DNA of 64,000 nt from Candidatus Parcubacteria bacterium (GCA_046050355.1 JBJOPW010000004.1:5800-69799), one strand, 5' to 3'; counted from the stretch's first letter, positions 53,767-62,989 are shown. Translations and numbers: made by a program. Notes: generated by a model from the letters alone, not told the origin.

Positions 53767-54804
53767 ATGACCGAATCGACCGCTCTCTATCGTAAATACC
53801 GTCCAGACACCTTTGCGGCTGTCCGTGACCAGGATCACATCGTCTCGGTCCTTGAAGGTGCCATCAAAAAGGGCAGTATCCCACACGCACTCCTTTTTTC
53901 AGGTTCGCGAGGGACCGGAAAAACGACCATGGCGCGTATTTTTGCCCACGCGATTGGCGCCAAGGATATTGATATCTACGAAATGGACGCTGCGAGTAAT
54001 CGTGGCATTGATGATATTCGCGCACTCCGCGATGCGGTGCATACGGCACCCTACGAGTCACCGTTTAAGGTCTACATCATCGACGAGGTGCACATGCTCA
54101 CAAAGGAGGCTTTTAATGCGCTTTTAAAGACCCTCGAGGAACCACCAGCGCATGTCGTCTTTATCCTTGCCACTACCGAAGAGGAGAAGCTTCTCGATAC
54201 GATTTTGTCTCGCTGCCAGGTGTTTCGCTTCCGCTCACCATCACGTGCGGTCTTGGTCGCTACCGTGACTGATGTCGCCAAGCAAGAAGGCTTCACCCTT
54301 GAGCCAGCCGCGGCTGACCTCATCGCGATTGCCGCCGATGGATCATTTCGTGATGCGCTTTCAATTACCCAGAAGGTTCTCTTGGCCTCAGGGGATAAAG
54401 TTGGGACGGCGGACGAGGTCGCCATCATCATTGGTGCCCCAAAGGTGACCCTCATGGTCAATCTGCTCGGAGCCCTCAATAAAAAAGATACGCCGGTCGC
54501 CCTCGCTGCTGTACGCGAAGCAACTCAGCTCCATCTCGAGATGAAACTCTTTTTGCGACTGCTGCTTGAATCCGTACGCGCCGTAATGGTCATTCGTAAT
54601 GACAAATCAGCCACCGAAACCATCCTCGGAAGTTTCAGTGGGGAACTGGCGACCGCACTGGCCGGCTTTAGTGCCGAAGCCAACTCGACCCTCAACTCGC
54701 ATCTCCTTCTGAAGCTCCTCCGTGCCGCTGATGATGGTGCCCGCTCACCACTCCCATACCTGCCCCTTGAAGTAGCGATTGTGGAGCACTGCGGTGGGCA
54801 GTAA
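53767..54804 (+). CDS. dnaX: DNA polymerase III clamp-loader subunit (DnaX gamma/tau-like, short)
   Basis: YRPDTF, Walker A GSRGTGKTT, DEVHML, SRCQVFRF (SRC motif). Confidence 0.65.
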   Translation: MTESTALYRKYRPDTFAAVRDQDHIVSVLEGAIKKGSIPHALLFSGSRGTGKTTMARIFAHAIGAKDIDIYEMDAASNRGIDDIRALRDAVHTAPYESPFKVYIIDEVHMLTKEAFNALLKTLEEPPAHVVFILATTEEEKLLDTILSRCQVFRFRSPSRAVLVATVTDVAKQEGFTLEPAAADLIAIAADGSFRDALSITQKVLLASGDKVGTADEVAIIIGAPKVTLMVNLLGALNKKDTPVALAAVREATQLHLEMKLFLRLLLESVRAVMVIRNDKSATETILGSFSGELATALAGFSAEANSTLNSHLLLKLLRAADDGARSPLPYLPLEVAIVEHCGGQ

Positions 54805-54811
54805 ATATTGT

Positions 54812-55414
54812 ATGGATATCTATTTTGTACGGCACGGCCAAACAGATGGGAATGTCGCTCGGCGTCACCAGCATCCGGATATTGAGCTCAATGAAATGGG
54901 GAAGCTCCAGGTCGCCCGCTTAGCGAAACTGATCAAAGGACTAAAGCCGACTCATCTGATTACTAGCACAAATAAACGAGCAATGTTGACCGCTGTCGCT
55001 ATTGGTCGCGAGTGTGATTTGATTCCCGAAACTTATCCGAACTTTGAAGAAATGCGGCGACCTAATTTTTTGATTGGGAAGCGCTTCCTCGAATGGACAG
55101 CTCTCAAATACGTTTGGGGTTGGCTCTTTGGACTAAAAACTGCGTCGATGCACGATGGTGAGTCGTATGACGATTTTCTTGCTCGTATCCTGGCGGCCAA
55201 AGCGCAGTTAGCAGCGTTGCCAAAACAGAGCAAAGTGGTAGTGGTTTCACATACGGTCTTCATCAATTTCTTTTTGGAGCACATGCGTCGTCCAGAAAAA
55301 ATGGGTATCATTCGGGCCACCCTTCGCTTTTTTGCCATTTTACGCCTCAAAAATACCGCAGTGACCAAAGTGACGGTGAAAGACGGTAGTTGGCGTATCG
55401 CTGACCGCTTTTAG
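54812..55414 (+). CDS. Histidine phosphatase family protein (phosphoglycerate mutase-like)
   Basis: IYFVRHGQTDGN is the RHG catalytic motif. Confidence 0.7.
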   Translation: MDIYFVRHGQTDGNVARRHQHPDIELNEMGKLQVARLAKLIKGLKPTHLITSTNKRAMLTAVAIGRECDLIPETYPNFEEMRRPNFLIGKRFLEWTALKYVWGWLFGLKTASMHDGESYDDFLARILAAKAQLAALPKQSKVVVVSHTVFINFFLEHMRRPEKMGIIRATLRFFAILRLKNTAVTKVTVKDGSWRIADRF

Positions 55415-55577
55415 TTGGGGTAGACAAGAGAGCTTCACTTTTTTGTCTTTTTCTGGCACTATATGGCCTGCTGTGGCGTGTGTGTCCCCCACTCTCGCTG
55501 CAGCAGACGCAAGGAGGGCTTCATTCGCCCTCCTCGCCCTCCTTGCGTCACCCAAGGGTCAATCGACCCTTACTTTT

Positions 55578-55648
55578 TGCCCGATCGTCTAATGGTAGGA
55601 CTCTGGTTTCTGGCACCAGCTATCGAGGTTCGAATCCTTGTCGGGCAG
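55578..55648 (+). tRNA. tRNA-Gln (anticodon CTG)
   Basis: U1:A72 first pair (typical of bacterial tRNA-Gln), 7-bp acceptor, anticodon loop TTCTGGC, T-loop GGTTCGAATCC. Confidence 0.8.
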
Positions 55649-55806
55649 CACGAGAGAATTAAGCGCTTTATAGCGCTTTTTCTCGTGCTGCCCGAAGGAG
55701 TGATTCAATATCACTCCGTCAAGGATTCGAAGCCTGATTGAGCATAATTTGTGACTGAAAGGAAACAAATTATCCAATCAGGATACTGCTCCTGTAAGGA
55801 GAGAAA

Positions 55807-55822
55807 TTCCTTGTCGGGCAGC
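55807..55822. repeat. Direct repeat of the tRNA-Gln 3' end (tccttgtcgggcagca), 172 bp downstream of the tRNA
   Basis: 16/16 identity with 55635..55650. The intervening segment starts with a gcgctttatagcgc hairpin. Confidence 0.55.
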
Positions 55823-55923
55823 ATAGAGATATAAACACTCATCATCACACGGTCACATAATTCGGTGCCATACTTAGTGTGTACAATCATAGAGTCGTTC
55901 TTTATTTCAATAGTTCATTTTTT

Positions 55924-56382
55924 ATGCAATATAAAAGTGTACGGACGGTTGAAGGAAGAGGATTTACTTTAATTGAATTGCTGGTTGTCATTGGCGTCAT
56001 CGCTATTCTGGCTTCGATTGTGGTGGTAGCACTTAATCCGGCGAGACAATTCGCTCAAGCGCGTAACACTGAGCGCGAAGCCCACGTTACTACTATACTT
56101 GACGCGATTGGACAAAATGTCGTCGATAACCAAGGGATCTTCACCTGTAGTGGTGTGACCATACCAAGTACCGCTACTCCGATTGGTACCGGGAGTGGAA
56201 TGTTGATCTTGGTTCTTGTCTCGTGCCAACCTATATCCCAACAGCGATACCCCAAGATAGTGCGGGTGGTTCAGCTAGTGATACGAAATACACGGTTCGG
56301 GTTGATAGTAACGGCCGGTTTACTGTCTGTGCACCTAATCATGCCGAAGCGGCAATTGCGGGCAGTGTGGCGTACTGCTTGA
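55924..56382 (+). CDS. Type IV pilin / pseudopilin (prepilin N-terminal methylation motif)
   Basis: GFTLIELLVVIGVIAILASIVVVAL class-III signal with the conserved Glu at +5. Confidence 0.65.
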   Translation: MQYKSVRTVEGRGFTLIELLVVIGVIAILASIVVVALNPARQFAQARNTEREAHVTTILDAIGQNVVDNQGIFTCSGVTIPSTATPIGTGSGMLILVLVSCQPISQQRYPKIVRVVQLVIRNTRFGLIVTAGLLSVHLIMPKRQLRAVWRTA

Positions 56383-56481
56383 CAAGGTAACGAAGTGTAG
56401 GTCAATTATTACCGCCGGTAACGTTTGTGGTCATTTATCACATATACTACGTGAAGCCGTTTATTTGTGTAAATATTTTTT

Positions 56482-57279
56482 ATGAAGCAGTTACCAATGT
56501 ACTTACTCATGTTGCCACTGATGGTTATGCTCGTGCTGGCTCCGGCAGTAGTCTCAGCAAGAGAGGATGATGATTGGGAGGAAAGGGAGGATGAAGATGA
56601 GAGTAGTCTTGAAGTTGAGGCATCTGTCTTTACCGATACTACGATTGTGAAAGTGGAAGTTAATGATCGTAAAACAATCTTTGCTACTGAAGCAGACACC
56701 AAGGAAGAAGTGGTGACGGTTGTGTCCGAGAAATTTAAGCTCACCAAAGAGGCAGTTAATGCCGTACTCGAATTTGAGCTTGAAGATCGTGCCAGTCGTC
56801 CACAGGATCGCGGTAAGCTTAATCGTGAAATAAAACACGAAAAGAAAGAGAAGAAGGACAAGAAATGGTGGGGCGAACATGCGTCTACTACACCAAAAGT
56901 ATGTCGCGATAATGACACGAAGCTCCAAGTAGAGGCTGATGTTTTTACGGACAAAACTGTCGTCAAAGTAGAGTTCGTTAATGCCAAGGACGTGGTCTTT
57001 ACTACCAATGCTACTACCAGTGCTGACATCATCGCTGCCGTAACAAGTCGCTACAGTACACTGTCAACCAGTAGTATTGCCTCTGCACTAGACATTGAAG
57101 TAGAGGATAGAGCAAGTCGACCAGATGACCTCACCGTTGATAATGATTGTAAAGAGTGGGTGCGGTCAACCAGTACACCAAATGAAACGACCGAAGCCAA
57201 ATTAGCCGAACTCCGTGCTCGTATTGCTGAATTGCAGAGCATTCTCGATCGGATTCTGAACCTGATGCGAGGGAGTTAA
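56482..57279 (+). CDS. Secreted protein with two ~80-aa tandem internal repeats
   Basis: Signal peptide. The motif EVEASVFTDTTIVKVEV... recurs as QVEADVFTDKTVVKVEF...; both copies end in EDRASRP. Confidence 0.4.
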   Translation: MKQLPMYLLMLPLMVMLVLAPAVVSAREDDDWEEREDEDESSLEVEASVFTDTTIVKVEVNDRKTIFATEADTKEEVVTVVSEKFKLTKEAVNAVLEFELEDRASRPQDRGKLNREIKHEKKEKKDKKWWGEHASTTPKVCRDNDTKLQVEADVFTDKTVVKVEFVNAKDVVFTTNATTSADIIAAVTSRYSTLSTSSIASALDIEVEDRASRPDDLTVDNDCKEWVRSTSTPNETTEAKLAELRARIAELQSILDRILNLMRGS

Positions 57280-57449
57280 ACACACAGTGCAGTAAATAAA
57301 AGGCCTTTACAGGCTTTTTATTTTGTCACCTGGTCGGGTTAGACTCTTACCTTATTGTAATTGGGAGTAAGAATATGAGAGTTGACATAATAAATAAAGT
57401 GTGATAGTATGCAAATGGTTAGCTTTTACTAGCAAGTATCTATCATTTT

Positions 57450-57776
57450 ATGAAATTTATTATTGCAATTGCCATTATGCTCATGGTTATGCCGTTTGGT
57501 ATGGCCGAGGCATCCACTACAAAGGCGGTAAGCAACGAAGCCAAGTTGTATGAAATCGAACAGAAGATTTCACATATTCGTATGCTTATTATGTCTCGTG
57601 TATTGGGAGCGAGTACTTCAAATTACTTTATGGTTACCAGCAATGGTAACATTATCGCTCAGAGTTATGTTCCGGTGACAGTGGCGGTGGCCCAGTCATG
57701 GTGTGCTGATATGAAAGCGATTAATTCGTTTAAGAACACTACCATTGTGTGTACACAAAACGGTGTAGTTTTTTAA
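57450..57776 (+). CDS. Small secreted hypothetical protein
   Basis: 108 aa with a signal peptide. Confidence 0.3.
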   Translation: MKFIIAIAIMLMVMPFGMAEASTTKAVSNEAKLYEIEQKISHIRMLIMSRVLGASTSNYFMVTSNGNIIAQSYVPVTVAVAQSWCADMKAINSFKNTTIVCTQNGVVF

Positions 57777-57794
57777 TCAACACAAAGAATTTCA

Positions 57795-57832
57795 CAAACA
57801 AAACAACCTCTTGCTGAGGTTGTTTTGTTTGT
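57795..57832 (+). terminator. Long-stem rho-independent terminator
   Basis: caaacaaaacaacctc-ttgc-tgaggttgttttgtttg. Confidence 0.5.
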
Positions 57833-57910
57833 GAAATCTTACTCTAGCAGGATTTGCAGTTACAGTCCGACTATAAATTCCACTGTGCGTAGTGTGATAC
57901 AATACGAACT

Positions 57911-58444
57911 ATGCAAAAAATACTACTGCTTTGTATGATGATGGTTGGTGTCTACTCATTTTGGACAACTGCCTCGGCAGCCACCTCGACTGCAGACCGT
58001 ACTATAGCTACTGCAACAGTGGATAAGAGCACGGTTGTTGAAACAAAGCCGCCTCCGGTCGTGATTGAGGCGGTGGTCACATCATACTTTGCTGATACAC
58101 CAGTCATGATTGAGATCGCAAAGTGTGAGTCGAAGTTCAGACAGTACACTGACGCTGGCAATGTGTTTTATGGCGGGGCAGGGGGTGGTATGGTTGGGAT
58201 TTTCCAGTTTTATGAATCGATACACAAGACCACCGCTGCCGCTCTCGGGTATGACTTAGCGACTGTTGATGGCAATATCGCGTATGCGAAGCACCTCTAC
58301 AAAGAGCAGGGTGTCACTCCCTGGCAATCATGTGTACCTACTACACCGATACTTGATGCCAATACGCAAAAGCGAATAGAGCTCATGAAGCAGATTATTG
58401 GGTTGCTCCAGCAGCTCCTCGCACTGAAGTTGGCGGAGGAATAG
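57911..58444 (+). CDS. Hypothetical secreted protein
   Basis: 177 aa with a signal peptide. Confidence 0.3.
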   Translation: MQKILLLCMMMVGVYSFWTTASAATSTADRTIATATVDKSTVVETKPPPVVIEAVVTSYFADTPVMIEIAKCESKFRQYTDAGNVFYGGAGGGMVGIFQFYESIHKTTAAALGYDLATVDGNIAYAKHLYKEQGVTPWQSCVPTTPILDANTQKRIELMKQIIGLLQQLLALKLAEE

Positions 58445-58540
58445 AAAGGTGTGTCTAGGTGATATTCATTAAATAACCTTAATCTAACGAGTTTAAGTGT
58501 AACTTTAGAAAACCTTAGTGAGTATTACTTTATATGACCC

Positions 58541-59875
58541 ATGAATATCATGAATGAATATTTTAAAAATCAGCCAAAGAATCATCTGACCGGTAAGTTG
58601 CTTATACTAGCTGTTCTCATGACGATTACTTGGGTAGCCACTATGTTTGTGTGGGGGATAATTCAAGAGCGTCAGAGTAGGCAAACAGATGCTTCTAACG
58701 AAATTTCAGAGCAATGGAGCCGTCCACAGTTGATTGCTGGACCCGTCCTCACTATTCCGGTTGAGAGAACCACAATAGATTCAGTTGGTGGAAAAATCAA
58801 CAGTATTACAAGTTTGACGTTACTTCCAAAAGATCTCGCACTATCCAGCCAGATTGATACACAGCTTTTAAAAAGAGGTGTGTATGAGACTCCGGTATAT
58901 ACAACTACGATTGGTAGCAGTGGCAGTTTTGATCTATCAAATTTAGAGCAAGTGCCAACGGACGCACGTATTCTTTGGGACCAAGCCGTGATTTCAATTC
59001 ATGTCTCTGATTCAAGAGGAATTGCAACCATGTTTGATTTTACGCTCAATGGTGAAAAGTTTAAAATGTTACCCGCGTCAAAATTTGCAGCTTTGGACGC
59101 GAGTGGTGTTCATGCGGATGTGAAAATTGATCCGAAAGTAACAGATTATCAGTTCTCATTTGATTTACCGCTGAAGGGAAGTAGGGAAATTTCATTCTTA
59201 CCGCTGGGTGAAAATACAAAGGTGCAATTGAGTTCAAGTTGGAATGCACCTAGTTTTATTGGAGAGTTCTTACCCGAAAGTCGATCAATAACCGAAAATG
59301 GCTTTGAGGCGACTTGGCAGATTCCTTCATATGCCAAAGACCTTCCACAATCTTGGATCGGGTCCTCAATTATTTCAGCAGAAAATATTGTTGCAAAAGC
59401 TTTTGGTGTTGGCCTCTACCAAGAAGTTGACTTTTACACCATGGTTGACCGTTCAACTAAGTACTCGATACTTTTCATCGGTCTAACATTCCTTACATTC
59501 TTTATGTATGAAGTGCTCGCTGGTCTGAGAATCCATCCCGTTCAATATTTGCTTGTTGGTATGGCAATAGCACTGTTCTATCTTCTACTCCTATCACTGG
59601 CTGAAATTATTGGTTTCCTACCGGCATATCTTCTGGCTGCTACCGCTACCACGGGATTAATTGCAGGGTATTGCTTTACTGTACTTAAGGCTAATTCACG
59701 AGCATTGACCATTGTGGGACTACTAACTGCACTCTATGGGTACCTGTACATACTTCTGCAGATGGAACAGTACTCTCTTCTGTTTGGCTCGATACTCTTA
59801 TTCTGTGTTCTTGGAATCGTTATGTTCATCACACGCAATCTAGATTGGTACAAGCTTAACAACACGGACTCATGA
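58541..59875 (+). CDS. Cell-envelope integrity inner-membrane protein, CreD-like
   Basis: N-terminal TM helix, a large extracytoplasmic domain, and a C-terminal cluster of TM helices (CreD-like topology). 444 aa. Confidence 0.5.
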   Translation: MNIMNEYFKNQPKNHLTGKLLILAVLMTITWVATMFVWGIIQERQSRQTDASNEISEQWSRPQLIAGPVLTIPVERTTIDSVGGKINSITSLTLLPKDLALSSQIDTQLLKRGVYETPVYTTTIGSSGSFDLSNLEQVPTDARILWDQAVISIHVSDSRGIATMFDFTLNGEKFKMLPASKFAALDASGVHADVKIDPKVTDYQFSFDLPLKGSREISFLPLGENTKVQLSSSWNAPSFIGEFLPESRSITENGFEATWQIPSYAKDLPQSWIGSSIISAENIVAKAFGVGLYQEVDFYTMVDRSTKYSILFIGLTFLTFFMYEVLAGLRIHPVQYLLVGMAIALFYLLLLSLAEIIGFLPAYLLAATATTGLIAGYCFTVLKANSRALTIVGLLTALYGYLYILLQMEQYSLLFGSILLFCVLGIVMFITRNLDWYKLNNTDS

Positions 59876-60222
59876 AGTGGTGGTATTTATTTGCTACCTT
59901 CACTGCCTTTATTATTCTGGTAATAGTTGGTGCCTACGTTGACATTATTCCCACAACAATTGCAACTGTCCCGATGTATGATTCGCTCGGACATTTTGGA
60001 TTGTATGGAATATGGACTTTCTTGCTACATCAAGCCTTGAACCAAAAAACAATAGCAAGTATTCCATTGGCGATTATTATTCTATTTCCGATTGTCGCTT
60101 TAGAAGAATTTGCTCAAACACTAGCAGCGACAAGAACTTTCAGTTTGATTGATTTGTTTTGGGGATTTGCTGGGATGGTGACGTTTCTGGTTTTGTCGAA
60201 AGTGATATATCGAAACAATTAA
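59872..60222 (+). CDS. Small membrane protein (VanZ-like?)
   Basis: 116 aa with four TM helices; overlaps the upstream stop. Confidence 0.3.
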   Translation: MKWWYLFATFTAFIILVIVGAYVDIIPTTIATVPMYDSLGHFGLYGIWTFLLHQALNQKTIASIPLAIIILFPIVALEEFAQTLAATRTFSLIDLFWGFAGMVTFLVLSKVIYRNN

Positions 60223-60833
60223 ATTATTTCTAAACCATCGTCATTGATGAGCAATGCTTGCTTATCGTTCAAGAAAGTGACCACAAGTCCATCAGTTTGG
60301 TATTTTTGAGCAATGTCGGCCGCTAGCTGACTGTATTTTGCATTATCTGCGTGTGGGATAATTGCTTGTGTAAGTAAACCAAGTCCAGGACATATTGCTG
60401 GTGCTTTTATACGGTCGTCTGCGGTGGCAAAGTGTTCGATATTGTCCATGAGGATTATGGCGCCAGCACTACTACCGACATACACGCCGCCACTATTGAT
60501 GTAATCAACTAACTTTTTGTCCCAACCGGTCTTGTGTAACTGATACGCTAAATAAAACGTATTGCCGCCACTGACGTAGATAAAATCGTACGACTGTAGA
60601 TCGCCCGGTAGGTAACTACCGTCCTCAAGAGTGGTTTCTTCTAGTTCGTCACAGATAGCCCATAGTGGTGTAAAAGCTCGCTCTAGCCACTCGGGCTTTG
60701 GGCTCAGTCCATAGGGAACAGCAGCAGTGGTAATCACGAGTGCCTTGCTGGCTCTGGACTTACCGACTAATTCTAGTAGTCGTTGTAATTGGGTGGTGTT
60801 CAAGTCAGGAGAAGAAGCTAAAAGTAGTTTCAT
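60219..60833 (-). CDS. Peptidase E (S51 family dipeptidase)
   Basis: GGNTFYL ... YVGSSAGAII is the catalytic Ser motif of S51. Confidence 0.7.
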   Translation of the reverse strand: MKLLLASSPDLNTTQLQRLLELVGKSRASKALVITTAAVPYGLSPKPEWLERAFTPLWAICDELEETTLEDGSYLPGDLQSYDFIYVSGGNTFYLAYQLHKTGWDKKLVDYINSGGVYVGSSAGAIILMDNIEHFATADDRIKAPAICPGLGLLTQAIIPHADNAKYSQLAADIAQKYQTDGLVVTFLNDKQALLINDDGLEII

Positions 60834-60839
60834 AATGAA

Positions 60840-61412
60840 CTAGTCAATGTATCCAACCACCTTTTGAATCGGCAAAGCGTGAAATTTGATACCTACACCG
60901 TTTACCTTCAGTCCCACGGTTGGGTTTGGTAGTTGGTCACCCTCGGCATGTGGTTCATCTTCGGAGTACGAATACTCCACTTTTAGTTTCTCTATATCTA
61001 ACTGTGGGAATGTATCGATAAAGGCCTGACGCACACCAGCCATAGTGTTCTCGACTACATTGAGTACAAACTCGACATGTTCCCAACCGTCCTCGTAATT
61101 GTGATTAGGCTTAGGGTTGGGTAACTCAACACCAAATGTCTGCCAGTCTCCTAGGTTGATTGGTTCTGTTAGTTGTATTATCGATATTTCACGACCATTA
61201 ACCTGCACGGCAGAAATAATGTGACCAACCGCTTCCAGTTCGGTTTTGAGGTTGGCTACAGCAGCAGTATTTTTGAGTCGCACACAAATATGATCAATCG
61301 GGAGGTCTTTGCAGATAGCTCGAATACCGAGCTCATCGAGGGCTGCGTTCAGTTTTTCGGTAAACGATGGGGTAGTGGCTTGGAGGTTGTTCCAGGTGAT
61401 GTTTGTGTCCAT
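60840..61412 (-). CDS. Hypothetical protein
   Basis: Start placed at the internal Met (MDTNITW); the N-terminal extension of the longer ORF is low-complexity. Confidence 0.35.
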   Translation of the reverse strand: MDTNITWNNLQATTPSFTEKLNAALDELGIRAICKDLPIDHICVRLKNTAAVANLKTELEAVGHIISAVQVNGREISIIQLTEPINLGDWQTFGVELPNPKPNHNYEDGWEHVEFVLNVVENTMAGVRQAFIDTFPQLDIEKLKVEYSYSEDEPHAEGDQLPNPTVGLKVNGVGIKFHALPIQKVVGYID

Positions 61413-62265
61413 GATGGAGTGATTATAGCAAAAGAAAAGACCGCCCTCCAACGGTCCCTCTAAAAAGAAGAAGTTGGTGGGCGGTCTACCGACGCGCTGC
61501 GCCCGAGACGATGTCGTCCCTGGTGCTGCTGGTGATAAGGCCGTCGATGTAGTCGCTCTCGGCTTTTTCGGCCTGGGTTTCACCGCTGTACCGAAAAAGC
61601 GTCTTGATCAATTTCCACAAAGATCTCACTGTAGCCTCCAGCTTCTGTCGTTAACTATTCGAGTGTACTTTAACACTCATAATCGTATTTGTCAAACAAA
61701 ATCATACAAAGTTTGATGTCGTAAAACCAAAATCACACCCGTGGGGTGTGATTTTGGTATCAGCTAAGCTGCCTCTTAGTGCTTTGCTTCGTTTGGTGAG
61801 ACTACTTTCGACCCTTTTTCTCAGCCTTCTTGGCGAGCATTTCCTGCTTCTTGGCGAGACGCTTTGGTGACTTGTAAGGCGGGGTCTTGGTCTTCTTCTT
61901 TGGACTCAGTGCAATGATTCGTGTCATATGGGCGCTATTATACAGTAAATTCGGATTTAGGTAAGGGGGGTAGCCGATAGGATTCGAACCTTACAGGTTC
62001 AGTACACCTTGTCGCTATTTAATTTCCTATCGTCATAAAATAGCTGGCAAGGTCTTCGAATCCTGACGAAAGTGCTCCCATAAAGGATTCGGTCACGCTC
62101 ATGGATAATTTATGTCACTACGTTCATAAATTATACTCATTCGCCCGACCCGGAATCGCTGATTCCTCGCTTTGGAAAAAACTCCTCATATCGCGATTCT
62201 TTCGAATCCTGGTCGCGGAGCATATAAAAGTAAAGGCCACATTACTGTGGCCTAAACTTTTAATG

Positions 62266-62573
62266 CTCCGCGACCAGGATTCGAACCTGGAACCAACTCC
62301 TTACACGTATCCTCTAATTCCTTAAAGGGGTGGACTATATCATCATCCGACGCATTTGCGTTGAGGATGGAATGCGCTTCGACGAACACTTTGTTCGGCT
62401 ACTCCCCGAGGGGATAGTCTCTGAACCTTCAACATCAATTAAGATGAAGCTTGGCTGCTGATTACCCGCGTCAACACGTTAGGGCTTCCAGCAATTCACA
62501 TTCTTTTCATTCCGGAGTTACCTCCGGAAGCTGCCTTTGACAGGGAGCTGCTCTACCGTTGAGCTATCGCGGA
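62266..62573 (-). tRNA. tRNA-Asn (anticodon GTT) interrupted by a 236-nt group I intron in the anticodon loop
   Basis: 5' exon 62540..62573 reads TCCGCGA-TA-GCTCAACGGTAGAGC-A-GCTCC-CTGT. 3' exon 62266..62303 reads TAA-GGAGT-TGGTT-CCAGGTTCGAATCCTGG-TCGCGGA-G. It has a U1:A72 pair and a G73 discriminator. Confidence 0.6.
62304..62539 (-). ncRNA. Group I self-splicing intron (no ORF)
   Basis: P AATTGCTGGAA, Q AATCAGCAGCC, R GTTCAGAGACTA, S GATATAGTCC. P1 pairs CTGT with GCAG, giving a U.G at the 5' splice site. The intron ends in G. Confidence 0.6.
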
Positions 62574-62701
62574 AGATAGCTACTCGTTTCCGTACCTGGA
62601 AACGAGTGCATGTATTGTACAGAAATTTCTATAATATTCAACCCAAGGATATTTGGGTATTGGGGAGGGCATTTTGGTAGCTGCTTGCTATAATTATCTA
62701 T

Positions 62702-62989
62702 ATGCTTAACCTGTATTATAAACCGAGCTGTCCGTATAGTCAGCGGGTACTCAAGGCAAATGAGGATATTAAGGCGCCATTACTCCTCCTGGATGTGCGG
62801 GCGGACGATACCGCCATGGATGAACTTATCAAGAAAGGTGGTAAAGCCCAGGTACCGTACCTCGAGGATACTGAACGAGGAATATCGATGTATGAATCTA
62901 TCGATATTATCGATCATTTGGCCAAGCACTATGGTAATGGTAAGGCGCCAGAGACGGCAGATCCAGGTAATGTCTGCCCGATTGAGTAG
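62702..62989 (+). CDS. Glutaredoxin-family protein
   Basis: CPYS active-site motif near the N-terminus; thioredoxin fold, 95 aa. Confidence 0.6.
   Translation: MLNLYYKPSCPYSQRVLKANEDIKAPLLLLDVRADDTAMDELIKKGGKAQVPYLEDTERGISMYESIDIIDHLAKHYGNGKAPETADPGNVCPIE

Noticed and set aside
61967-62320. Possible tmRNA (ssrA) starting at GGGGGGTAGCC...GGATTCGAACC
   Set aside because: No downstream 3' segment complementary to the putative acceptor (ACCCUCC-ACCA) within 400 nt. The T-loop flanks do not pair. No plausible tag ORF ending in LAA/VAA followed by a stop.
62266-62573. Reading the intron-containing tRNA as tRNA-Asp(GUC)
   Set aside because: Unspliced 5'-half reads CTGTCAA (GTC). However, group I splice rules (U at -1 paired with G in P1, terminal intron G) and closure of the anticodon stem by GGAGT place the junction after U35. 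That gives a GUU anticodon. U1:A72 also fits Asn.
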